Both the position numbers and the translations under genes were made by a program. DNA of 64,000 bases from a virus. Position 1 is the stretch's first letter. Every line of letters starts with the position of its first letter. The stretch lies in IMG/VR virus record IMGVR_UViG_3300032431_000004, positions 1-64,000 of that record; one strand, written 5' to 3'. Shown here piece after piece: positions 39,420 through 48,529 of this stretch. The notes under the pieces are model-generated. The model was not told where the DNA came from. It did no database searches and saw only the letters and a list, made by a program, of their open reading frames with translations.

Positions 39420-40060
39420 TGTATCTGGAATTCTCGCCACGAGCTGAGTTTGTAGATCGACTTGGCATTACCCGTCGCGTTGCCCTGTGTTCCCTCATAG
39501 GGCAACAAGAGTTCTTTGAGCGCATCACTGAAATAGCCAGCCTGTTAGGTGATGCTGATGCTGGCGAAAGCTGGCAGGAGCTATATGCGAAAAGCGATCG
39601 CTTTCAATTTCTGTCTAAACGATGCCTTGAGCTAAATGGCATCGATCCTGAATGGCTAACTCTAAACGACCTAGAACCCCTACTAATTGGTCAGGGGGAT
39701 GAGCCGGGGTGGCTAGTAACGCTCAACACCCCTAAGCCTGCCGAAGGCAAGGAGAGGGGGCAAAAGGATAGTGCATCACTAGCTGAGATTGTGGCCGCGA
39801 TTGGTTCAATGACTGGCTCAATTGAAGAGGGTTTGAGGCTGGTAGCGACATTGCCAGCCCCGGTGCTATTGGAGATTCTAGAGGCACGGGTAGACCAAAC
39901 GCGATCGCCAGAAGAGAAACAAAAGGCAGACTTTAAGAAACGCAAGCCCGACCTCCTGAAGGCGCTGAAGGAAGTTCAGGAGCGCCACAAAGCTGAATAT
40001 CTAGCAGGAATGAACGATGGTAGCCAACACGACAGCGGTGATCCGGCTCAGCCTCAATAG
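39419..40060 (+). CDS. Tail assembly chaperone
   Basis: Between tube and tape-measure genes. Confidence 0.55.
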   Translation: MYLEFSPRAEFVDRLGITRRVALCSLIGQQEFFERITEIASLLGDADAGESWQELYAKSDRFQFLSKRCLELNGIDPEWLTLNDLEPLLIGQGDEPGWLVTLNTPKPAEGKERGQKDSASLAEIVAAIGSMTGSIEEGLRLVATLPAPVLLEILEARVDQTRSPEEKQKADFKKRKPDLLKALKEVQERHKAEYLAGMNDGSQHDSGDPAQPQ

Positions 40061-43000
40061 CGATGCTGTCGATCGTGATGCAAAGGCATTAGCGGAGAGC
40101 CTGAAACGGACGCTTGGCAGTATCAAAATAAACAGTAAGCTAATCGATCTGGGCAATGCACCGGATGAGATTACGCGGCTAACTGCCAGCATTAAACAGC
40201 TTCAGTCAGCATCGGCAGATCCAAAGGCAGCTGCTCAGCTTCAAAAAGAAGCGCAGATCTTGCAAGAGCAGCTGCGCTATAAAAAAGAACTGGCTGCCAT
40301 TGAGGGGGCGGGTTTTGGGACTGAAGATGCTGCAAATGCGCGGGCACTGGCGGCTGAACTTAGTAAGTTAAACCTCCAAAAGATTGCCTCTGACTTTGAC
40401 AAGCTAGGGAACGCAGCGGCTACGGCGGCGGCAAAGGCGAAGGCGATTGAAAACAGTAGCCAGAATACATCTGCGCTGGCGACATCGCTAAACCGTAGCT
40501 TCACAGCAGCTCAGCAGTTTGCAGGCGGGTTAGGGCTGACAGCTCAGAAGGCCAATGAAGCGATCGCCAAACTGAGGGAATTGGATACGGTTGGCGCTAC
40601 CAATGCCCAAAAATTTGCGGTATTGAACAAAGAGCTTGGCATCACGCAACAGCAATTTGGATCACTCAATAGTGCAGCACTGCAAACCAGGGAAGGGTTG
40701 ACGGCAGTTGCAGGTGGTGCGGCTGCGATCGCGGCTGGCATTGCCGGGGTATTCGTTAAAGGCACTCAAGAATTTTTAGCATTTGACAATGCAATCCGTC
40801 AGTCTGGCGTCATTAGTGGGAGTCTAGGGACACCTCAGTTTGAAGCGCTAAGGGCAGAAGTTGAGCGGTTAGGGATCGCAACGACAAAGACCCCGGCTCA
40901 AATTGCTGAAATGAGTATCAGCCTTAGCCGCGCTGGCTTCACTGCTGAAGAAACGTCTGTGGCGCTTGCGGGGATTGTTCAAGCTTCAGAAGCTACCGGG
41001 GAGAACCTTGAGGTCGTTGGCGATATTATTTCAAGGACAGTACGGACGTTTAGCAAAGATATTGGGGAAACGCAAGATGTAGCCGACTTGCTAGTTCAAA
41101 CGGCTAACTCTACAAATACCTCTGTCCGGAGTCTAGGGGAATCCCTCTCCTATGTGGGAACTTCTGCGGCAACCAGCAACCAGCCGTTAGACGATACGTT
41201 AATTCTTTTGGGTCTGCTAGGGGATGTTGGACTAACCGGAAGTGCAGCCGGAACAACACTTGCAGAAACGATAGAAAGGCTTAAAATTGCTAGCGCCGGT
41301 GCGGAAACTGAGTTCAGCGGATTGGTGCGAGGAAGCGCAAAGGCGTCGCAGGCTTTTAACGTTATTGGAGCTTCAGCACGAAATACAGACGGCAGCATGA
41401 AGTCGGTGCTTGAAATCTTGCCTGAGATAAAAGCTAATTTAGCTGGCTTATCTCAGGTTGATCGGGATGTTGTCACAAAAGCGTTATTTGGGACTCAAGG
41501 GGCTAGAACTGTCAATGCGTTTCTTGCAGCCACTCCTGAACGCATCGCGGCTGTAACAGAAGAAGTCAAGAACTACAGCGGGGCATCCGCTAACGCCAGC
41601 GAAGAACTAAGACAGGGACTAGGAGGGGCAATCAATCTATTTACAGGCTCCCTCAGTGCAGCGGCTACAGAAGCGGGGCAATTTGTAGCAGTAGGTTTAG
41701 AGCCTGTAGTCAGGGCGGCAACTGGACTTCTAAATACGTTCCTTGGACTGCCAGCGCCCATCCAAGGATTTATCCTTGCCACTACCGCGCTGACAGGCGC
41801 GATCGCCGCTGCTGTTGCGGTTATTGCCACCTATCAGCTGCTAAATATCCAGCTATTAGCAGTGCAGGCCGCAGAAACCTTAGCGATGATTGCAACTACA
41901 ATTGCTACGAAAGGGGCGACGGCGGCGCAGCTGCTTTTTAATACTCAGATATCAATCACGCAGGCTAGGTTGATTGCTACTAGGGCAGCTTTGGCTGTAG
42001 GAGCGATCGCAAAATTAGCTTTTGCGGCAGCAACCGGTGGAGCTGCTGGGGCAATGGGAGCCTTTGCCGCTTCACTTGCTGCTGTAGCGCCTTTACTGAT
42101 CGTGATAGCGGCTGGCATTGCTGGCATTAAGTTTGCTCAGTATGCCAATGAATTAAGAGAAGCTAACGACGCGATCGCCCAATCGTCAACATCAGTAGAA
42201 TCTGCCAGCACAGAAGCATTCGCCGCAGCAAATCGCACTAAGGCAGCTACCGACAAATTAAATGAAGCAAGGTTGTCGGGGCAATCGGTTACCCAAAGCG
42301 AACTGGACGACGCAAAGAAGCTGACTGAAGCCAATGACGCCAGACTAAAGGGACTGCAGGAACAGCTTAAGCAGGTTGAAGCGATCTCCGTAGCCGGTGG
42401 GAGTGACGAGCAAAAAGCCAGTCAAGACGCGCTGACACAAACCATTAAAACTAGTATTGGGGCGCTTGAAGGGCAAAACAAAAAGCTAAAAGAATCGATC
42501 GGGTTAAGGGAAGGAGTTACTGATAGCATCGAAAGCCTGTCAGCAGGGTATGACGAACAACTTTCTGAACTTGAAAGGTTCAATCAGCAGAGAGAGCTTA
42601 GCGCTACCGAAGCCTTAGCCGCTGGCAATATCACAGAAGAGAAAGCCCGCGCTGACAACCTTATTGCTGAGCAGAATTATTTATCGCAGCGGATCGCGCT
42701 AAACGAATCAAAGCTTGCTGAGTTAGAAGCTGCTAGAGGCTCCGCAACTGACGCAGAATCACTCAAAAAAGCAGGTGAAGAAATTGTAAAAGTTGAAGCA
42801 ACTATCGCGGGCGATCGCCTGAAGGTTGCTCAAAACTCATTGGCGGAAAGGCGGCGGCTGCAAGAGGAAGAGGTGAAGGAATTGGCGATCGCTGAAACCG
42901 AAGCTCAAACAGCGATCGCAACCGCACGAGCGTCTGGCAGCATCACCGATGGAGAAGCTAACATTCGTAGGCTAGCGGCAACACGCGATCGCATTGCTGG

Positions 43001-44630
43001 TGAGCTAGCCCTTGAAATAAAAGGCTCGGCAGATAAACAAAAGATTGCTCAACTTGAATTGCAATTAGTTGAGAACGCAGCGGCACAACAAGAGGCTGTT
43101 GAGGCTGAATCCCTGAACCGCATTGCCAAAGCGACCCAGGAAGCTAACCGGCAGATTGAAGCATCGCAGAACGAACGGATTGCAGCCGTCAAGCAAGCTC
43201 AATTAGATGGCGTTGCTACTGAGGAGGAAGCTGCTAGGCAGATTGCTGACATCCAACGCAGCGGCACCGGGGAAAAGGTACAGGCAGTTGAGGATGAACT
43301 AGCAGCCCTAAGGGCGGCGCGGGCGGCGGGTACTGTTGATACTGAAACCGGAGCTGAAAAGGAAGCTGAGTTGATTCAGCAACTAGGCCAGCTCAGCCTA
43401 CAGCGATTAGATGACGAACTGGCTGCCAGAAAGGCTGTGCAGGAAGAGGCGATCGCAGCCATCCAACGGGAACTAGCCGCAAGCGATCGCGCTGCTGGAC
43501 GCAAGATAGCAGGGCTAGAGCGGCAGGTAGCGGCGCAACAGCAGGTAGAGGCATCGTTACAGCGTCAGTCTGATTTACTGTCGTCTCAGGCCAGCCTATC
43601 GCAAGCACTGAGCAATCTAGACCAGGTGCGATCGCAATCCTCAGTTGATAGATTCAGCCGTGCGCTTGAAATCCAGCAACGGCTCAATAGTGGAGAAGTA
43701 GAATCGGCACAGGTACAGCGGGCATTGCAGCAAGAACTATCGGGGCTAGGGGTTAGCCGTGGAGCAAGTGAGCTGAGCATTATTCGCCAGCGTCAAGCTG
43801 AAGAGGATCGGCTTGCTGCAATCCAACGGGTTGCCCTTTCTGCTAGACAGACTCAGGAACGGGCATCACTTGAGCTTGAAACTAGACGCAATCAGCTGGT
43901 ATCGCAACGTGCGGTTGTGGAGTCGCAGATCGCTGAAATTCAGGCACGGCAGAATCAAAATACTGCACAGGCATCGTTAAGGGAAGCACAGGTAACAGGC
44001 AATGCTGACCAGATAGCGGCGGCACAAGCTGATGTCGAATTAGCGCAGCAGTCTACCGACCTAGCAGGTCAATCACGGCTGATTGCTCAAGAGAATGCTA
44101 CAGCACAAGCCGCGATCGCTACCAATGCCAATGCTGCCTTACTCGCTCAACAAGCGGCTGAGTTGGTGCAAACTAGGGCAGCTGAGCAAGCAAGGCAATA
44201 TGCTCAAGCATTGGCAGCGGCAGAGGCAAGTAGCGCAGGTATCGCTAGGAATCTAAGCGGCGGCACACCACAGGCACGGCGCGATGGTGGTGGCGTGAAA
44301 GCTGGCGCTCCTTACTTGGTTGGGGAAGCTGGCCCTGAGCTGATTACCCCTAGGCGTAGCGGATGGGTGTGGACGGCGCAACAAACTGCTGAAATGCTAA
44401 AGGCAAGTGTACCCAAAAGTTTTACAGGCGGGGTAGCGATCGCGCCTGCGTCTAACCCAACATTGCCACTGCTCAAAGAAATTAGAGGGCTGCGAGCTGA
44501 CCTAAAAGCGTTAGATCGCCCACAACAAAACAATAACTTCACATTGGTAAACGAAGAAGACCCGTACGACAAAGTGGTCAAGACCGCCAGTGCATTGCTG
44601 AGGGGGCGGATTCAGAGCTTGGGGTTGTGA
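40017..44630 (+). CDS. Tape measure protein (TP901-type core)
   Basis: 1537 aa, Ala-rich helical; TANSTNTSVRSLGESLSYVG, GSAAGT, LFG.QG; C-terminal RRDGG...YLVGEAGPEL. Confidence 0.92.
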   Translation: MVANTTAVIRLSLNSDAVDRDAKALAESLKRTLGSIKINSKLIDLGNAPDEITRLTASIKQLQSASADPKAAAQLQKEAQILQEQLRYKKELAAIEGAGFGTEDAANARALAAELSKLNLQKIASDFDKLGNAAATAAAKAKAIENSSQNTSALATSLNRSFTAAQQFAGGLGLTAQKANEAIAKLRELDTVGATNAQKFAVLNKELGITQQQFGSLNSAALQTREGLTAVAGGAAAIAAGIAGVFVKGTQEFLAFDNAIRQSGVISGSLGTPQFEALRAEVERLGIATTKTPAQIAEMSISLSRAGFTAEETSVALAGIVQASEATGENLEVVGDIISRTVRTFSKDIGETQDVADLLVQTANSTNTSVRSLGESLSYVGTSAATSNQPLDDTLILLGLLGDVGLTGSAAGTTLAETIERLKIASAGAETEFSGLVRGSAKASQAFNVIGASARNTDGSMKSVLEILPEIKANLAGLSQVDRDVVTKALFGTQGARTVNAFLAATPERIAAVTEEVKNYSGASANASEELRQGLGGAINLFTGSLSAAATEAGQFVAVGLEPVVRAATGLLNTFLGLPAPIQGFILATTALTGAIAAAVAVIATYQLLNIQLLAVQAAETLAMIATTIATKGATAAQLLFNTQISITQARLIATRAALAVGAIAKLAFAAATGGAAGAMGAFAASLAAVAPLLIVIAAGIAGIKFAQYANELREANDAIAQSSTSVESASTEAFAAANRTKAATDKLNEARLSGQSVTQSELDDAKKLTEANDARLKGLQEQLKQVEAISVAGGSDEQKASQDALTQTIKTSIGALEGQNKKLKESIGLREGVTDSIESLSAGYDEQLSELERFNQQRELSATEALAAGNITEEKARADNLIAEQNYLSQRIALNESKLAELEAARGSATDAESLKKAGEEIVKVEATIAGDRLKVAQNSLAERRRLQEEEVKELAIAETEAQTAIATARASGSITDGEANIRRLAATRDRIAGELALEIKGSADKQKIAQLELQLVENAAAQQEAVEAESLNRIAKATQEANRQIEASQNERIAAVKQAQLDGVATEEEAARQIADIQRSGTGEKVQAVEDELAALRAARAAGTVDTETGAEKEAELIQQLGQLSLQRLDDELAARKAVQEEAIAAIQRELAASDRAAGRKIAGLERQVAAQQQVEASLQRQSDLLSSQASLSQALSNLDQVRSQSSVDRFSRALEIQQRLNSGEVESAQVQRALQQELSGLGVSRGASELSIIRQRQAEEDRLAAIQRVALSARQTQERASLELETRRNQLVSQRAVVESQIAEIQARQNQNTAQASLREAQVTGNADQIAAAQADVELAQQSTDLAGQSRLIAQENATAQAAIATNANAALLAQQAAELVQTRAAEQARQYAQALAAAEASSAGIARNLSGGTPQARRDGGGVKAGAPYLVGEAGPELITPRRSGWVWTAQQTAEMLKASVPKSFTGGVAIAPASNPTLPLLKEIRGLRADLKALDRPQQNNNFTLVNEEDPYDKVVKTASALLRGRIQSLGL

Positions 44631-44688
44631 AGGCGACGAAACTTGCGATCGTCCCTTTGCTACTTACTCGTAAACTAGTAGAATAAAT

Positions 44689-44756
44689 AAACACGATGGG
44701 TATCGAACAACCTCGCCAACGCGAGGCTACGGCGTAAGCCTAGACCCATCGTGTTT
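44689..44756. other. Closed stem-loop with internal hairpins (candidate structured RNA)
   Basis: AAACACGATGGGT / ACCCATCGTGTTT perfect 13-bp stem enclosing CCTCGC-CAAC-GCGAGG. Confidence 0.5.
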
Positions 44757-45129
44757 GTGTTTTTATAACTAATTGAACCAATCTTCAGTAAAAAACGGGT
44801 GTTCGATGGCCAGGGCTGAATCCTCATTGGTAAAGGGTTTTAGTGTTTTATTGGTCACGATTTTGGCTGTTCATTGGCCACGCACTTCCACCCATTTTGG
44901 TAGGCAAAGAAATGGCCTCTTTTGACTCAACTTGTGGCAGCGCGGCGATCGCAATTAATATCGGCTAAATTGAGGCAACCCCTAGCCCCAAAAGATATGA
45001 AACTTGCGATCGCACGTCAGCTAGCACCGGGCGGCGTTACACAGATTGAGTGGCCTGTCGATATTCAGCCGCAAACCGGGACGGCGATCGCGCTTGATTC
45101 GGTTGAGGTCTGGTAGGGCGATGTTTAAA

Positions 45130-45226
45130 GTAGAAACCCCCTAACTTCACTGCTAGGGGGTTTCTTTGATGAGTTGAGTTGAAGAGAGTGGAGAAGAGCT
45201 GAGTCGGGCTGAGGCGCGTCGTTCCC
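45130..45226 (-). ncRNA. Candidate small RNA A: (CUC-NN)x10 array plus terminator
   Basis: -10 TATATT (45234-45229), GGGAAC start, period-5 array, CAUCAAAGAAACCCCC hairpin with U tract. Confidence 0.65.
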
Positions 45227-45236
45227 TTAATATAGC

Positions 45237-45333
45237 AAAACCCCCAGCCGTTAAGCCAGGGGTTCTTTGATGAGACGAAACGTGATGAGCCGAGAGGAGT
45301 CGAGGAGAGTCGAGCAGAGAGGAGCCGTTCCCC
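45237..45333 (-). ncRNA. Candidate small RNA B: (CUC-NN)x11 array plus terminator
   Basis: -10 TAGGAT (45340-45335), GGGAAC start, period-5 array, CAUCAAAGAACCCC hairpin with UUUU. Confidence 0.65.
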
Positions 45334-45349
45334 TATCCTACCTTAAACA

Positions 45350-46120
45350 TCAGGTCAGATCCATTTCCATCTGCCAGCCATCACCATAGAATTCATTGCA
45401 CAATGCCCTGAAATTATCCTTTGACCCTCTAGACAGCCCCATGAAGGTGTCTAGCCTGACCACGTGGGGAGCAAGCCTATCACGGATCTCTTCTGGTAGG
45501 AATTGGTGAATCTTGTGCCTGCGAATCCCATTCTGAGGAGGGTTTAGCTGGTTGATTTTTGCCTTTTCTTCAGCCGTCATCCAACTGTAGACAAACTTCC
45601 AATAGCCACTGCCGCCAAACCAGCCAAAAAACGGACGGCAAAATTTAGGATCAAAGAAGATCTCCCACGGCGCGGCTTCATCCAAGATGCGATCGATTGA
45701 CCGATGCGATTCTGGGGCTGATATGTACCGCTCTGGTAACCATCCCGTCTGAGTTTGGATGTAGGAGGTCAAGCCAATGTTGACAGTCGCAGGCAGAACG
45801 TCTTGAGCCTTTTCCCTTCCCTCAAACGCATAGTGTTGGATGACTGCCGCGCAAAAGTCTGACGGCCAAGCGCTGATTTTCCCACCATTCTTTGCGAACT
45901 TGGTACGCAGGTCTAAAGCTTTGCCTGTAAACGGTTCTAGAGATCTAGATACCTTTTTGGTACGCAGCGATTCTAGGAGTTTTCGGATGCTCCCTTCACT
46001 AACTCCACAGGCTCTAGCTATACCCCGCTGGCTCATGAAGGAAGCCCCGGTAGCTACAACCGTAAAATACTCAACACCATTGATTTCTGATTTCAAAAAC
46101 TCTAAGCTTGTTACAGCCAT
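45350..46120 (-). CDS. P63C-domain protein (antirepressor-like)
   Basis: PWEIFFDPKF...INQLNPP..GIRRHKIHQFL; N-domain shared with 29290-30117. Confidence 0.75.
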   Translation of the reverse strand: MAVTSLEFLKSEINGVEYFTVVATGASFMSQRGIARACGVSEGSIRKLLESLRTKKVSRSLEPFTGKALDLRTKFAKNGGKISAWPSDFCAAVIQHYAFEGREKAQDVLPATVNIGLTSYIQTQTGWLPERYISAPESHRSIDRILDEAAPWEIFFDPKFCRPFFGWFGGSGYWKFVYSWMTAEEKAKINQLNPPQNGIRRHKIHQFLPEEIRDRLAPHVVRLDTFMGLSRGSKDNFRALCNEFYGDGWQMEMDLT

Positions 46121-46259
46121 CGGTCTACCTCTACTAGATTGTGGTCAGCGATCGCACCAAGGTAACAACTCAGTGCGATCGCGCTTCTCTAATTATATGC
46201 TGAAATCTCCCTCTGGCATTACCGCTAGGGGGATTTCTACTTTAAAGCCAATTACCCTC

Positions 46260-46563
46260 TAAAAACAGGCAGTGTCTACATGACAGTCAACAAATTGGCA
46301 ACACACTTAAAGCCTTGGTATATATAGGTTAGATGCCTGCCGTCGCACCGTCACAGACTTTTCTGATTTCAAAATAGAACAGGATTTAGAGTTATTAATT
46401 CAGTAAAATAAATATCTAATCCTCTTAGAGGTAATCCTTGGCAGCAAACCTAAAACTACTAGATGCCAGTGACGCTGCGACGGGAGGCATCAAGCCTGTG
46501 CTGAGTATGGGTTTAACCCTGTTGCCAAATCCATGACAGTCAACATGACACTGCCCCCTTTTA
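46260..46563 (+). repeat. Dispersed ~300-bp inverted-arm element, full copy E6
   Basis: TAAAAACAGGCAGTGTCTACATGACAGTCA...TGACAGTCAACATGACACTGCC; orientation reversed relative to E2 and E4. Confidence 0.9.
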
Positions 46564-46652
46564 GCCAAAATGCGATCTGCAAACAGCGCTTCGCGATCGC
46601 CCATAGCCTCCAACTGGAATATAGTGGAAAGCGATCGCGCTTTTGAGGCAAC

Positions 46653-47159
46653 ATGGCACGCTGGCAAGTCAGGATTAGGCAACCCGCATCGGCCACCCCG
46701 GTCATCCCTGAACTGGTGTTGGACACTTTTGGGGAAGATGGCTATAACCGATCGCAGATTCAGCAGGTGAACCTCAGAGACTTCACGGTTGGCGGATCAG
46801 CCATCATCAGCGGTGCCACGTATCCCTATCGCTACACATGGGCGATCGCGTGTCAGGTTTCAGAAGATGACGCGCTGCAATTGGAGGCGCTGGTAATTTG
46901 GCAAGACAAGCGATATGCCGCAGGGTTAGACGGGCGACTGAGGTTGATAGATGAGGTAGAGCTTTTGCCACCAGAAGCCGCGCCACATTCCAAAACGCTC
47001 ATTGCTCCTGAAACGAATTCCTATGGGTTTCTCCGTGGGTTTGGCAGCTTCAATGTGAAAATAAGCCTACCTGATAGCCACAAGACTCATGTGGGGAGAA
47101 GTGCTGAGGATGGCCTACCAGTGAAGCTGCTTCAGTTCAGTGCGGTAGAGTTGCCCTGA
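46653..47159 (+). CDS. Putative distal-tail-like protein
   Basis: First + strand gene of this size after the tape-measure gene; beta-rich. Confidence 0.45.
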   Translation: MARWQVRIRQPASATPVIPELVLDTFGEDGYNRSQIQQVNLRDFTVGGSAIISGATYPYRYTWAIACQVSEDDALQLEALVIWQDKRYAAGLDGRLRLIDEVELLPPEAAPHSKTLIAPETNSYGFLRGFGSFNVKISLPDSHKTHVGRSAEDGLPVKLLQFSAVELP

Positions 47160-47199
47160 TGGGCTATTGTGAATAGGAATTTAATGAGGTTTTCTATAT

Positions 47200-47826
47200 A
47201 TGCTGAGTAGTCCTGAAAATATTCAAACGACTGAGGAATGGATCGCTCAACTCTCAGAGGCTACCGGGAAGAGCTTTGAGATAGTGGGAGATATTCTCTT
47301 AAGGACGATGCGGACGTTTTACAAAGAAATTGGAGAAACCTATTTACTAGCTGATCAGCTAGTTGCGGTGATCAGCTCAACCAATACCTCAATCTTAGGA
47401 TTGGGTGAGTCCTTAGCTTTCGTAGGGCCGATTGCTGCCCTTATGAACCAGCCACTAGATGACGTTCTAATCCTGCTAGGTCTGCTGGGAGATGCTGGCA
47501 TTGAGGGGAGTATGGCGGGCATAGGCTTGATGGCTGTCTTAAATCGACTTCAAGTTACGTCGGCAGCGGCAGAACCAGAATCCATTAAGAGAACTTTTGA
47601 TATCGTCAGCGCTTCTGCCAAGAATAGCGACGGATCAATGAGATCCGTTTTAGAAATACTTCCAGAGCTTCGGGGAAGCATTGGCAAGCTATGGCAAGCT
47701 GAGCAAGGCATTTTGATGGAGGCATTGTTTGGGGTAGAAGGCGCACCAGTTTTTCAGGCATTGTTCAATACAACTCCAGAACATGTCGCGATCGTTACCA
47801 GTCGAGTCAAGAGCGCTGGCAGGTAG
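47200..47826 (+). CDS. Stand-alone copy of the tape-measure core domain
   Basis: Collinear with TMP nt ~40989-41574 (EATGKSFEIVGDI vs EATGENLEVVGDI; NSDGSMRSVLEILPE vs NTDGSMKSVLEILPE). Confidence 0.85.
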   Translation: MLSSPENIQTTEEWIAQLSEATGKSFEIVGDILLRTMRTFYKEIGETYLLADQLVAVISSTNTSILGLGESLAFVGPIAALMNQPLDDVLILLGLLGDAGIEGSMAGIGLMAVLNRLQVTSAAAEPESIKRTFDIVSASAKNSDGSMRSVLEILPELRGSIGKLWQAEQGILMEALFGVEGAPVFQALFNTTPEHVAIVTSRVKSAGR

Positions 47827-47893
47827 CCGCACCTGAACACCGAAGGAGAGTAGTGGGTTATTCTGAATGGAAATTTAACGAGGTTTCTTACGT

Positions 47894-48289
47894 ATGCTGA
47901 GCAGTTCTGGAGAGAATTTAGACGCCGCTGAAATGGTCGTTGCCAGTCAGATCAGGATAGTAGATGAGCTACAGCAAAAAGCGATCGCAGATCCGCTGAA
48001 TATTAATATTGCCACAGCTTTGAGCGCCCATTCTGCTACGCTCTCTTCGCTGTGGAGCATGATTTTTGTTAGGGGGGAGGAACTGGCGATGGAGCTGAGT
48101 AATGAGGGTTATCCCTTGGCAGAAGCCCCGAGACTAAATGGCGAGGTTCTACAATCACGGAGCGATGGCGGTTCAATACCTGCGGACTTCCCTCTCAGGC
48201 TAGGAGAGTCTGGCCCCGAGTTATTCTATCCTTGGGAGCGCTTATCTACTGGTGAAATTGGCATTGTCAAAAATATTTCATGGGGCTAA
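47894..48289 (+). CDS. Small protein carrying the TMP C-terminal motif
   Basis: QSRSDGG...LRLGESGPELFYP vs TMP QARRDGG...YLVGEAGPELITP. Confidence 0.65.
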   Translation: MLSSSGENLDAAEMVVASQIRIVDELQQKAIADPLNINIATALSAHSATLSSLWSMIFVRGEELAMELSNEGYPLAEAPRLNGEVLQSRSDGGSIPADFPLRLGESGPELFYPWERLSTGEIGIVKNISWG

Positions 48290-48529
48290 ACCGATGGGTA
48301 TCGAAAACACAAGCAAGCCGACAGGTGAAAACGATCGCATTTGGAGAGGCCACATCGTTAGCCTAGGCAAGGAATATCAGCGCTGTGAGTCTTCAGGCGC
48401 AAGGGATATTTGGTATTGGCGGTTCGTTTTAGACGTTGCCACTTGGGCACTTGACCAATGCAATAAGCGATTGAGCGCACCGGTACTCAGAACATGGCAT
48501 TATCAAAAAGAATTGAAACGCGATCGCAC

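Noticed and set aside
40277-44581. Several - strand ORFs inside the tape-measure gene, and similar antisense ORFs elsewhere
   Set aside because: Antisense shadows of Ala-rich coding sequence.
45171-45329. CRISPR array or simple microsatellite
   Set aside because: No 25-45-bp repeats with spacers and no cas genes; the pentamers differ systematically at two positions, unlike slippage repeats.
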